Shown here: piece after piece, positions 23,851-37,200 of the stretch
Position numbering within the stretch: the first letter of the stretch is position 1
Layout: the number at the start of each line of letters is the position of its first letter
Assembly (NCBI GenBank): GCA_951406725.2
Contig: OX597831.1
Span: forward strand, 26,412,001-26,476,000
Direction: 5' to 3'
Source: Octopus vulgaris
Lineage: Eukaryota
Length of the DNA: 64,000 nt
Notes under the pieces: generated by a model
Databases searched by the model: none
Told to the model about the DNA's origin: nothing
What the model saw: only the letters and a program-made list of their open reading frames with translations
Program-made: the position numbers and the translations under genes

Positions 23851-24071
23851 GTAACTGTGCAGGACAAGGATTCTTTGAGAGGGAAGGAGGCATTGGAGGA
23901 GGTGATTCTGTGCCAGATGATGAAAGGTCACAGTGTGACAAAGAGACAGAGAGACAGAAACAGATGTCTTGCTGTAGAGAAAATACATGGTTACCCAGCC
24001 AGAGAGAGAGAGAGACAGAGAGACAGAGTTAACAAGCGGGGTAGAAACAGGTGTGCTGTTGTAAAGGGTGT

Positions 24072-24535
24072 AAGGCAGCGAGCTGGCAGAACCGTTAGCA
24101 TGCCAGGCGAAATGCGTAGCCATATTTTGTCTGCCATTACGTTCTGAGTTCAAATTCCGCCGAGGTCGACTTTGCGTTTCATCCTTTCGGGGTCGATAAA
24201 TTAAGTGCCAGTTATGCCCTGAGGTCGGTTGAGCTGGCAGAAGTGTTAGCATGTCAGGCGAAATGCTTAGCGGTATTTTGTCTGCCGTTACGTTCTGAGT
24301 TCAAATTCCGCTGAGGTCGACTTTGCCTTTCATCCTTTCGGGGTCGATAAATTAAGTACTAGTAGTTACTCACAGGGGTCGATGTAATCGACTTAATACC
24401 TATGTCTGTCCTTGTTTGTCCCTTCTGTGTTTAGCCCCTTGTGGGTAATAAAGAAATAGGTATAATCGACTTAATCCGTTTGTCTGTCCTTGTTTGGCCT
24501 CTCTGTGTGTAGCCCCTTGTGGGTAGTAAAGAAAT
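24072..24535 (+). mobile_element. Family B SINE dimer with duplicated tail
   Basis: Two heads (24072, 24230) and two tails (24388-24457, 24465-24535). Confidence 0.88.
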
Positions 24536-25287
24536 ATGTTGTAAAGGCAATGCATGGTTACCTCACCGTAACAATGTTGTTTTACATTTTTTACTTCCAT
24601 TAATACAGTTTCCATATCAGTGTCTGCTCAAATTCTCATTTCCAACCCATAAAAATCCTAAGCTCTACAATCTGGAGAAGACAATGGTTTTAAATACTCT
24701 GAAAAGTTCAAACTTGATACACAACAAAGGGAATTCTCAAATCTATACAAACACTGTTGGAATTATGTTGCAAACTGTATTTTATTAAATGAAATACTAT
24801 TTTAAGAGAATTATTAGTTATTATTTGACAGAAAATGGTTTCCCTTACTTCTCAATAATAATGGCTTAATAAAAGCCAACAATCATATAATATTTTTAAA
24901 AATTTTATATTCTCAGTAATAATAATGATAACAATGCAATAATGAAACAAGTGTTATGATGAAAATATATAAACAACGATAACGGCATGAAGGCAATTTT
25001 ATCTTCGTTTCTCACAATGCTAAGCATCATCATCTCATATTCCATGCGGGTATGGGTTGGACTAAATGATCGAGGTTATTATTTTGGAAGCTTTACAAAA
25101 TCTGCATCGGAATTTTTTTTTTTTTTTTTTTTTTTTTTTGTAAATTTACCTTTACACACTTCCTTTCAATAGAGATGATTTAACAGCTTTATCTGCCTCG
25201 GACAATTGGTTTGGGATTAACTTGTTAACGGATTAACTTACAGCTCATCAAGTCATGTAGTCTCTCCATTGTAGGCTGTTTATAATT

Positions 25288-25434
25288 ACTACTACTACTA
25301 TTACTACTACTACTACTACTACTTATACCACCACCACCACGACTACTACTACTACTACTGCCACCACCACGACTACTACTACTGCCACCACCACGACTAC
25401 TACTACTGCTACTACTACTGCTGCTGCCACCACC
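25288..25434. repeat. (TAC)n/(CAC)n compound microsatellite
   Basis: Visible directly. Confidence 0.9.
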
Positions 25435-27847
25435 TCTTGTATTTCTTATCTTGTCGTATACACATTCGGTGATTCAGCTCTGTATTCACTTAAAACTGAA
25501 AGCTGATCTATTCTAGGCTAAATATTCTTTCATTCTTTAACCCTTTCGATACCAACCCACCCAAGACTGCTCTTGATTCTATGACGCAAAATTCCATATC
25601 AAAACTTTCCATCAAAATTTTATGTTAATCTATGTTCCAAAGTCATTTGAGTGAATTCTTCATTATTTTCTAAATTAGTTGAAACAAAAAAAGAAATGTG
25701 TTTCAACAGAAATCATCATCATCATCATCATTTACAATGTCTGACATGGGTTGGATGGTTTGACCTGAGCTGTTTAGGTCAGGGGTACACAAGGTACCAT
25801 TGTTTTGGCATGGTTGCTACAGCTGGACGGACATAGTAATGACACAGAGTGTACTGGGTGCTTTTTATGTGGCACCAGCACCAGTATTAATTCTGTGGTG
25901 GCAGATGGGTCTTGTTGAGAACAGCAAAGTGCCAGGTATCTTGGTCCTTAGTCATCTCCTTCATAAGGCTCAGTGTCTTGAGACTGGCCTTCAATACTTC
26001 ATCCCATAGCTTTCTGGGTCTCCCTCTCCAACATATTCAATCCACTTCTATATGCAACTGTCTAAAGAATTATAGTAACAAAAGTGTCAAAGTTGCAAAG
26101 TGGGATTAATATATTGAATAATATAGTAACATAGATTGTGGAAGAACTATGCAAATGAAGGGTGTAGTTTAATCAAAATAAGAATGAAGCAGGTATGCCA
26201 GTATAGTTAAGAAGTTCACTCCACAACCATGCACTTCTGGGCTCAGTCATACTATCCAACGGTACCTTGGGCAAGTTTCCTTTACTATGCTACCCTACAG
26301 TTAACCAGTGCTATATGAGTGAAATTTAATAAATGAAGAACTGTGTGAAAACAAATCATATATCATCATCACCACCACCACTTTCTCTGTCTGATTCCTC
26401 CATGTAGCACCATGTAGCACTGTTTCAAATCTCAACTAACAAGGTTAGCATTTAATCCAGTCATCTCAGGGTCAAATATTCTAACTGTTTTATATTCATA
26501 CTGACCCCTGAGATCTGGCCTCTCATACCTACCCTATAATGTCATTCTAAAAATAAACAGTTGCTTGATCAAAATCTCGAAACCATGCAATTATACATGA
26601 TTAATTCAAAACAGTATGAATAAATAAGCATTACATTTGATAGCGTAATCTGAATGCTAAAGGGTTGATATATTTTGCAGGCCCTTTAATATTCAGTGAC
26701 TGCGAACAAGTCGATGGAGAGCATTCTCCTCCTGGCTAAGAAACCAGACAAAGAAGTTTCTTCCTATTGCCAAGTTTGATTAACAGAAAAACTTAGAGCT
26801 AAGTTTTTGATATTGATTGTTTTCAGTTTGGGAAATAATTCATGTGTGTGTGTATGTATATATGTATGTTTGTGTGTGTGTGTGTGTGTGTTAAATCTCT
26901 TGGTGTTCTATATAGTGAATAAATAAATATATTATAAAACTGTGACCAGAACTTCTAAACCTGATAAGTAAAGTACAAAAAATTTCATGCAGATGTGATG
27001 TGATCATTAGACCACTAAACATCGTTTGTGGTTAGATAAAATGTATTGGGTGTCAGCATGTGGTGGCGATTGGTGGTGGTGGTAGTGGTGGTGGTGGTAG
27101 TGGTGGTGGTGGGGGGGCTTTTGGTGTGTAGATCAAAAAAACAGGTTCAAAACGAACCATTGGGGTAAGGATAATATTAATCAATGCTTTATGGATGTTA
27201 TAGAGTTTTGAGTAGATTAGACAGGAAATCAAAGCATTGTCTGCGCAACAGGTGTGCTGCATGCACAGCTACTGAATAACGCTGTTACTTTTGTCTAGTT
27301 TGTGTTGTTTAGCCACAGGTGTATCTTCATCTGCCAGACCTGTAGTAGGATAAATAGTTGACTGTTATTTATAACAGATCGAGTAACCATTTAAAAGCTC
27401 ATTATTCTGACGTGAACCACATGCACAAAAACGTGCACACACACACTATGACACATACACACACACACATATACACATATCACCATCGTCATTTAACGTC
27501 TACCTTCCATGCTGGCGTGGGTTGGATGGTTTGACAGATGCTGGCAAATGAGAACACTGCACCAGCCTCCAGCCCTGATTTGGCATGGTTTCTATGGTTG
27601 GATGCCCTTCTTAATGCCAACCACTTTGCAGAGTGGTTTCTCACATGGCACCGACAGCAGTGAGGTCATCAAATAACTTGCAGAACCAGACCTTTTTGAG
27701 GGAAGTGGCTTTGTGCCAGATGCTGAGAGGTTAGAATATAATTAGAAGTACAGAAATAAGTGTTTTGCAATAGAGGAATACAAGACTACCTGAGTTGGAG
27801 GGCGAGAGAGGAAAGAGAGAGAGAGAGAGAGTGATACATGTACCCTT

Positions 27848-28190
27848 CATCATCATCATCATCATCATCATTTAGCGTCCGCTTTCCATGCTAGCATGGG
27901 TTGGACGGGTCAACTGGGGTCTGTGAAGCTGGAAGGCTTCGTCAGGCCCAGTCAGATCTGGCAGTGTTTCTATGGCTGGATGCCCTTCCTAACGCCAACC
28001 ACTCCGCGAGTGTAGTGGGTGTTTTTTACGTGCCACCAGCACAGGTGCCAGACAGAGCTGGCGAACGGCCACGAACGGACGGTGCTTTTACGTGTCACCG
28101 GCACGGGGCCAGGCGATGCTGGCAAATGGCCACGAACGGACGGTGCTTTTACGTGTCACCGGCACGGGGGCCAGCCGAGGCTGGCACATG
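27848..28190 (-). mobile_element. SINE-like family C copy with tandem 5' repeats
   Basis: (cat)n tail; ggccacgaacggacggtgcttttacgtgtcaccggcacgggg twice. Confidence 0.85.
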
Positions 28191-28717
28191 CATGTACAAA
28201 AAATGGGATAATTTTCAAACTATGAGTAACGTCATCCTCCAGATCATTTTTGTCCTTTTGTGTGTGGCTGAATGGTTAAGTAGTTTGCTTCACATGCAAG
28301 AGGTCTTGAGTTCGATTCCACTGCATTGGATTTTAAGCAGATTTAATTCTTATTCTTTCTTTTACTTGTTTCAGTCATCTGACTCTGGCCATGCTGGAGC
28401 ACCACCTTTATTTGAGCAAATCGACCCCAGGACTTATTCCTTGTAAGCCTAGTACTTATTCTATTGGTCGCTTTTGCTGAACTGCTAAGTTATGGGGATG
28501 TAAACACACCAGCATTGATTGTTAAGCAAATGACAATGCTCGTGTAATTACTCGACTAGCTAGAAATAGTAGCCAAATCTCCTTCTAAATCCATACCCTC
28601 CCACCTTAAGTGCAAAAGGATACATTAGGAAATCTGAGCCAAGGTATACTGTTTCTGAAAAATAAAACATGGTCATGGCTTGAAGGCCCTTTGATCATAG
28701 GTGAGTTCAGTCAGGGT

Positions 28718-29041
28718 TTATAATATAATATATAATAAAATTATCGTATACAGTGCTCAGGTGCACCACAACTAGTCAAAAGTGCATTTAAAGCACATGC
28801 AGTAATATACAAATGTCTGGGAAGTGAAGAGTGTATGAGTTAGATACATGCTTGCGTGTGTATGGAGAGGAGAAAATCAGGTGTAGTGTTGGCGAATCTC
28901 AGGAAGCATGGAAGTTTTGGAGGATGCTGTGCTCCGACGACTAACAACTGATGCCGGCAGTTTGTTCCATGCTTCAGCAACTCTTAGTGTGAAAAAATGT
29001 TTCCGAAAGTCATGAGAGCTGTGCTGTTTTCTGACTTTTTA
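28718..29041 (-). mobile_element. 3' end of a CR1-group LINE (5'-truncated)
   Basis: Minus translation KVRKQHSSHDFRKHFFTLRVAEAWNKLPASVVS, then a 3'UTR and (ttata)n tail. Confidence 0.8.
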
Positions 29042-29297
29042 GGTCTAGACAACATTTGACAATTGACATGAAAGCACAGTTTTCAGTACTAACAAAACAA
29101 CATTCCAAGCTCCAAATATTAAAAGACAGTAGTATCTCTCAGTGTACATAGGTAACCTTTTTCAAGAAGCAAGCCATACGAGACATGGCTCATCATCAGG
29201 TGGGCTGCACAACTAAGGAGGAGGAGGACTGAGTAGTTTCTATTTAGAAGCTTCATACACTTAAAGTGGACACAGATTTAAAAAAAATTATCTTTAA

Positions 29298-29596
29298 CTA
29301 GCAGTATCACCCGGCGTTGCTCGGGTTTGTAAGGGAAATAACTATATAAGCATTTTTAGAGAGTTATAGCCAAAAAATAGCAAAAAAATGCATTAAAAAT
29401 GGAAAAAAAATTATGGTAAATTTTTTTTTTTAAATCGTAGACTCATCGTAGATGCGCGCTAATACCCAGAAGGGCTCGATATGAATCCCGACTATAAGAT
29501 ACCCGGTTTTGGTTAAACTGCACCGCAAAATGTGGGAGTAGTTAGGAATCTAAATCGTAGGAGACAGACACACAACTTCTCTTTTATATATAAAGA
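29298..29596 (-). mobile_element. Non-autonomous Helitron
   Basis: 5' TC, 3' cccgagcaacgccggg hairpin plus CTAG; ends shared with 18739-19133, different interior. Confidence 0.85.
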
Positions 29597-29811
29597 TTAA
29601 CTGTAAAGCTGTGAATTTTAATCGTTATTTTTGAAAATACGTCCAAGTAATTTCTATCATAAAAATGTAATTTATAACTGTTTTAAAAAGAGATAATGGT
29701 TTACATTTTAAGCCATCGTGATTTTAAATAAATATAAATTTATTAGTTTTGCTTGCCACATATTTTGAATTTAGATGTTTCAAGCTATAACATGTTGGAG
29801 TATCGTTGCAA

Positions 29812-30518
29812 TATGAGATGGTATCAAAAAGTTCATAGACTAGTTCTTTTTTTCTTTACTGCCCACAAGGAACTAAAAATAGAGGGGACAAACAAAGACA
29901 GACAAAGGGATTAAATTGATTACATCGATCCCAGTGCGTAACTGGTACTTAATTTATCGACTCAGAAAGGATGAGAGGCAAAGTCGACCTTGGCAGAATT
30001 TGAACTCGGAACATAAAGACAGACAAAATACCGCTAAGCATTTTGCCCAGCCTGCTAACGTTTCAGCCAGCCCACCACCTTAAACTAGTGGACTTCATAG
30101 TTTTGTATTGTACCAACAGATGACAGCACATGGTTGCATGTGCAGTGAGAGTTAGCAGTGACCTCCACGAAACAATGTCTCAAGTGATATCACTATTTTA
30201 CCGCATAAGTTTTGAAATTTGCATTTTTATGATCATGTGTATGCAGTAGTCTGCATTTTTGTCACGGACAGGAAGTTAGAACAAAGAATCAACATGAAAG
30301 GTCACCATTTTAATACTGTTGTTGAGATTAAGAGTGAATCCCAGAGGGTCCTCAACTCACTTATGGAAAACAACTTCTAGGATGAATTCCAAAAGTGTCA
30401 GGACTGCTGGGACCAGCGCAAGGTGACTATTTCAAAGATGATGTTAAAACTTAGGTAAATAGTTATATTGTATTGTATTAAAAATAACTAGTCCAGGAAT
30501 TTTTCATACCACCTCATA
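29812..30518 (+). mobile_element. Internally deleted mariner with a family B SINE inserted at 29848-30082
   Basis: TIRs tatgagatggtatcaaaaagttc / gaatttttcataccacctcata; transposase C-terminal remnant. Confidence 0.8.
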
Positions 30519-31274
30519 TTCAAAGAAATTTAAATTCTGCAAGTCACACAAACTTAGATCAAAACATGCCAAGAATTTCACAGAGTTAAACACATTCTTT
30601 TAATGTAAGAATATTAGGTTTGTCAAAGAAATATTATTGTTTTCCGTGTTGCTCGATACAGTATCATGACAAGTTCTTTTGATAACCCATGATGATTAAG
30701 ACAACTTAAGTATAAACATATTGCCAATAATTATCCAGATTTTGCCAACAGAGATAACGCAGTGGGAATGAACCCAGAACCATGTGGTTGGTAAGCAAGC
30801 TACTTACCACACAGCCAGTCCTACACCTAGAGGTGTTGAGATCAAGAGTGAATCACAGAAGGTCTTCAACTCACTTATGGAAAAAACTTCCAGTATGAAT
30901 TCCAAAAGCAGCAGGACCGCTGGGACCAGTGTATTGTTGCGCAATGTGATTATTTCAACGGATCTTAAAACTTAGGTAAATAGTTATATTGTATTAAAAA
31001 TAACTAGTTCAGGAACTTTTTGATACCACCTCGTATTCAAAGAAATTTAAATTCTGCAAGTCAAACTAATTTAGATCAAAACATGCCCAGAATTTCACAG
31101 AGTTAAACGTTTTCTTTTAATGTAAGAATATTAGGTTTGTCAAAGAAATATTATTGTTTTCCGTGTTGCTCTATACAGTATCATGACAAGTTCTTTTGAT
31201 AACCCATGATGATTAAGACAACTTAAGTATAAACATATTGCCAATAATTATCCAGATTTTGCCAACAGAGATAA
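30320..31274. repeat. ~440-bp direct duplication (30320-30757 / 30834-31274) separated by a SINE A head fragment
   Basis: Near-identical sequence, including mariner end and flanking DNA. Confidence 0.92.
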
Positions 31275-32077
31275 GGCTTTTAACTCGGCCTGAATTGCTG
31301 ATTTGATTTCACTGCCAACATCCAATTTTCTATGCAGCACAGTTCTAGGTTATAAAATCTGATATGATATTCTTATATTTATATATCGTTTCTTTATATT
31401 ATAAAGAAGGAAGTGACATGTTTGGCTATTGGCTCCAGAATCAGGATTAATAGACAGAAATTGATATCACTGTAATAGCTGGGAAGATAATGTTAAACTT
31501 ATGCTACAATAGTAATATTAAATGACTTACCAGCTTTAAACATTATAATCCCTCTTAAATCTCATCACACTGTTTTCTGTCATTGTTAGTTAGAATGCTA
31601 GAGAATAGGAAACTTTAGATTCTCAATACATAAGCATGTAGTATATTTACTGAGCGGCTTCAATAAATATAGTAACTATATATGTGTATGCATGTGTGTA
31701 TACACTCACAAATACATACATAAGAAACAATAAATGCCACTTTATATATATATATAGAATATAAAGTAAGACATTCTAAATTCAGCAGATGGAAGTTGGT
31801 AAATATACGCATACTGTTGCTTGAGAAGTCTGGCCGAAACGGAGTTTCCTGGTTAAACTATTCAGGAAATAAGAACGACAAGGCAAACAGTTGGAAGAAA
31901 TTTACCATGAAATAATAATGATGGTTTATCTCGGAATTCTTCAAAATAGATACCATGCTTTGAAACATCAGAATCATTGCACTGAGCAAATTCGTTTTAT
32001 TGGAAGGTTATGAAATATAATAACTTAAGATTCTCAATACATAAGCATGTGGTTATTCATAAACGCAGTTACACAAG

Positions 32078-32568
32078 TAAATATAGTAACTATATATGTG
32101 TATGTGTGTGTATACACTCACAAATACATACACACAAAAACATTTATATATATATATAGATCATCATCATCATCATCATCATCATCATTTAGCGTCCACT
32201 TTCCATGCTAGCATGGGTTGGACGGTTCAACTGGGGTCTGTGAAGCCGGAAGGCCGCATCAGGCCCAGTCTGATCTGGCAGTGTTTCTACGGCTGGATGC
32301 CCTTCCTAACGCCAACCACTCCGTGAGTGTAGTGGTGCTAGGAAGGGTATCCAGCCGTAGAAACACTGCCAGATCTGACTGGGCCTGACGAAGCCTTCCA
32401 GCTTCACAGACCCCAGTTGAACCGTCCAACCCATGCTAGCATGGAAAGCAGACGCTAAATGATGATGATGATGATGATGATGATTTATATATATATATAA
32501 ATGTTTTTGTATGTATATGTATGTGTGAGTGTATACACACACATACACATATATAGTTACTATATTTA
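32078..32568. repeat. Fold-back inverted duplication (~230-bp arms) of a family C element plus flank
   Basis: 32078-32308 is the reverse complement of 32339-32568. Confidence 0.92.
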
Positions 32569-34587
32569 TATATATATATACACAAACATACACACACAGG
32601 CATGTATGCATACATAAACACATACATGCATATATGCACGCATACACAGACATATATATGCATGGGAGGCGGGGGTGGCTTTTGAATTTATTTATGTGTA
32701 TTTATGTTTCAGAACAATAAATGAATGAGGTAAACAAGACAGAGGACATTTTAGACATAATAACCATCAAATCCTAAAGACAATGCAAAAATTTATGCTT
32801 TAAAACTTCTTGTGTTTTTAGATAATACCAAATGAAAATAAATTATCATCAAGACAAAACATACGACAAAACAAAGTTTTCGTTAACATTTGATATGTTC
32901 AAAAGAAGGATGTCCAAATTCTACATATATTGCATCATTTCAAAAGTAGTGTGTAGGTGGAAGAATATTCTTTTTAAAAATATAAATATTAGAATGACTG
33001 ATTTTGTTTCAATTCTAAAGATTACCAAGCTCTATTCACTGCAGTTTAACTAACCAACAAAAAAGTGAAGGTATTTGGTTAACTTGCCATAAACTCGTTA
33101 ATAAGTTAATAAGAATCTCTTTCTACATCACATCATAAAACAAAAGAATTGGCTGAGAAATAAGTGCAAAAGCAATTGGAGAAAAGAAAATACAAATGCA
33201 AATAACACTATCAAAACAGTGTTGTTCTTGCTTGAGGCATTGCAGTATGTATGTGTACATGAAATAAATGTTTGAAAAGCCTGTGAGCAATATGGATGAG
33301 CAATTAATCAAAATATGTACTTATGTTAATACAAAGAGAAAATATATTATCTTATGCAGGTTATTTCATGATCTTATAATATTTCGGGAAAAATTCTCCT
33401 TTTCAAATAGAGAAAATAGCCCGGAGAAGTGTGCTGTTATGATTAAGTCAATCTAATGTGTTTTGACCAAGGCATTGTTTGAACTATAAATATGTAAATA
33501 TATTAATGGCTGAGTTTCAGGGGCACTTTAATATTGAAGGATAGAAGCACCCAAAGTTTTCATGAATGACAATGTTTACTAAAGTAGATTTGTAGATGAA
33601 GAGCTTTAGGCAAACTGTCAATTGTGATATTTAGTGAATAGTTTTGGTAACCACTGTTATAATCAACAGGTGAAGTTATACTAGCTTGGTATAAAAGTGA
33701 TATGAAATGATGGTTTTTAGTAAATAAAAGAAATACAGAACAAATTTTAACTCACTGAGAAACTGACTACAGGTTCTCATTTACAACATATGATGTTTTC
33801 TAATAAAAGTAATCAGTATTATTAACTAATAAGTTAGTTACCTGCTTACTTAATGATAAAGAACTGGAACAAAGTACTAAATCAGATTCATTTACTTAAT
33901 TCTATGGATGTAGCAAATTTAACATTGAAACATAGAAGAATTCCTAAAATGTAATAAAATACACTTTGTTCTTCATACAGAACTTATAAACTTAATAATG
34001 TTCTAAGATAGTCTGTCATAGAGGCATACTCTTCTTCATATATTCAAGAATTCAACATAAAATCCAAGCTGCCTTTTCAAGATCACTTTTCACAAATACA
34101 CAAAACTACTTCACACGTTAAACCTTTAGCATTTAGACTACACTGTCAAATGGAATGCTTATTCATTCTCATGATTTTGAATTAATCATGAATTGTCTTG
34201 TAGCTTTGAGATTTCAATGATGTGATTGTATATTTTTAGAATGACTTGTCCTTTCAGATGCCACTGCCACTTAAAAAGCACCTGTGTCAATGCTGTGTTA
34301 AACAATCATGATGATGATGATGATGATGACATTGTTGGGGAGGTATGAGAGGCTAGATGTGGCTGGCTTGGACATAAAATAAACTATTTGAGCAGGGTAA
34401 GGATGGGTTAAATAATAAAGATAATAAAGGGCTAAACCATGGAGCCCATATGCTGGATCCCTCATGTCACTCAACTGTGTCTCATTTCTTTAATTGCAAA
34501 CTTAACAATATGGCCAATTCTTATTTCCTAGAAATACCTTTCTATAAAATCTTCCTTCCAGCATACCTGTTTCCTTACTTAGTTATA

Positions 34588-34822
34588 CCTATTTCTTTAC
34601 TACCCACAAGGGGCTAAACACAGAGGGGACAAACAAGGACAGACAAATAGATTAAGTCAATTACATCGACCCCAGTGTGTAACTGGTACTTAATTTATCG
34701 ACCCCAAAAGGATGAAGGACAAAATCGACCTTGGCGGAATTTGACCTCAGAACGTAACAGCAGATGAAATACGGCTATGCATTTCGCCCGGTGTGCTAAC
34801 GTTTCTGCCAGCTTGCCACCTT
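34588..34822 (-). mobile_element. SINE family B, full copy
   Basis: 14-bp TSD cttacttagttata. Confidence 0.9.
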
Positions 34823-36035
34823 CTTACTTAGTTATATTACTCTCATAAAAAGGCTCTGGCCCTAGTCCAGAGAAAAAAAAACCTACTTGTAGATAAATTA
34901 TGTTACTGAAGACAAACCTCAAGGCTCTTACAGAACCCACAGTTCATTTCCTGGGGGCATAGCATCTACAACTAAAAGGAGGATGGTCAATATTTAATGA
35001 TGAAATATAATGAAATATTAAATACTCTCTAACAAAAGTTTCCTTTTCCATTGATAGAAGCAGTGAAATATCTGTCCGTTAATCTATATAGATATTTCAG
35101 TTAATGCTCAAAGTTCCAATACTCTGAAGATTACATGAAAAATATTTCAAAAGTACAGTATAAGATGTGAAGATTTTTATGAGTAGGGAGGTTTGAAAGG
35201 AAGACAAATATCTTTCACTTTTTTGAACAACTGAAATCTTCATATGCCATAATTATTTCAGCGATTACCTCCATCCCACTTTGGGGCAGTTTTTTGCATG
35301 TTTGCACGGATTAGATGACTGTTTGACAACCATTCATTTTACATCAAATGTTCATTACTATAGCCACAGAGTCAATAACAAAGCATCAGTTATTGGACCA
35401 AAAACATTTTAAAGGCTCAAAGAATACCAGTAAAATAGCATTTGATCTTTATTCTTTTTATATTTTTTAATTTTCAGAATAAAAAAAAAACACACACACA
35501 CACACAACCATAGAATACTTTTATCTCCATGTCATGCAAGACGACATTTAACAGTGTTTACACAGCTTTGGAAGTTTGGGAAAAATGGTAATCCTTTTAG
35601 CAATGACTTTATATGTGGATGTAGAAAGAAAAAATATAAACAGTATTTGAATTGGGACAAGAATAAAATGAAGGACTTTTCATGTTAAACATTTCTCATT
35701 TTATATTCGGTATGAGAATAGATTAGCTGGATCCCATGCTTCAGCTCAAATTCAAAAGCAATGATTTGTAACTGCATTCAAATTTGACATAAAAAGTAAT
35801 TAAAAGGTGAAAATTTCAGAACAAAATTTCATCATAGGTTTGAAAGACTTATAAGAGTTTTTCAATTTTCCTCAATGGAATGCACACATCTGAAAGCACA
35901 CAAGTATATGTATACATGAAGCAGAGTCAAATAACAAATGCTTCCCTATTTTTATAACCAAAATTATCCATCAATGGGTGACTGGCTCAACTGTTATCAG
36001 TGAACAGGATTACATCTTCACTGATAACAGTAATG

Positions 36036-36475
36036 TATGAGGTGGTATCAAAAGGTTCCTGGACAAGTCATGTTTAATAAAAAATAACTTATTTACCTAA
36101 GTTTTAACATCATCTGCTTCAAATTAGTCACAGCAGTACACCGATCCCAGCATTCCTGCCACTTATGGAATCCAGTCTAGAAGTCATTTTCCATTAGTGA
36201 GTCAAGGCCATTCTATAATTTGCTATAATTCCCTGACATGAAAAAAAAAACAAACACTTGGCTAGGAACAAGTACTGCAGTAAAGATGATGTCCAAACAG
36301 TTATTGATGACTTTTTTGACCAACAGGATGAAAGCTTCTTCACCAATGGAATTCAAGCACTGTAACACCAATGGAAGAAATGGGTAGATTGCTAGGGGAA
36401 CTATGTTTAAAAATAAACCTCATTTGGTCACATTCCATGAAACTATCTTGGTCTGCCTATGGTCATTTTTGACCG
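36036..36475. mobile_element. Two different mariner 3' remnants joined in opposite orientation
   Basis: 36036-36225 is the minus-strand end of the 29812 family; 36229-36410 translates KHLA...DDFFDQQDESFFTNGIQAL.HQWKKWVD..GNYV (irritans-like). Confidence 0.7.
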
Positions 36476-36507
36476 AAGGGGCCCTTTACATATATATATA
36501 TACAAAT

Positions 36508-36614
36508 TTAGAGAAGAACCACCATGTAGCAATTCAACAATGATATACTTAAATCATACCATATAGAAATAAAGTATATCATTGTTGAATTGCTACATGG
36601 TGGTTCTTCTCTAA
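36508..36614. repeat. Perfect 43-bp inverted repeat with 21-nt spacer, next to (TA)n
   Basis: ttagagaagaaccaccatgtagcaattcaacaatgatatactt and its exact reverse complement. Confidence 0.92.
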
Positions 36615-36993
36615 TTTATATACATGTATTATATATTGCGAAATTTGATTAAGTATTACTAAATTGAATTTCTCCCTGTAAGTTTGGAATCAGGCGTTAG
36701 GAAGGGCATCCAGCCGTAGAAACATTGCCAGATCAGACTGGTCCTGGTGCAGCCTTCTGGCTTCCCAGACCCCAGTTGAGCTGTTCAACCCATGTTAGCA
36801 TGGAAAGCGGATGCTAAATGATGATGATGATTATTATTATTATTATATATTGTCTCAATGAGGAATTAAAAACTAGTTCGGTATGACAAACAGTAGTGAA
36901 CCAACGTGCCAGTAGGAATGGTACAGAGACATCAACACACATAATGATCGATCTGAAACAAAATATTATGTAACAGAAAATTGACACTGCTTA

Positions 36994-37200
36994 ATGATGA
37001 CAATGACGATGATGGTGGTAATGACGGCAGTGACAATGATGGTGATGATGATGATGATGACGACAAGTGATGGCGACAATAGTGACAAAAATGCTGATGA
37101 TGATGGTAGTAAGGATAATGATGATGAAGATGGTGGTGGTGGTTGTGGTTGCAGTGATGATGATGATGATGATGATGAACGTGTTGGGGATGGTGGTGAC
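36994..37200. repeat. (GAT/GGT)n low-complexity tract
   Basis: Visible directly. Confidence 0.9.

Noticed and set aside
26680-26790. Possible exon after ttttgcag
   Set aside because: The frames examined stop within ~30 codons, with no donor site or recognisable protein.
31812-31895. cttgagaag..gccgaaac with flanking actgtt/aacagt pairing
   Set aside because: Core and stem II are too weak to call a ribozyme.
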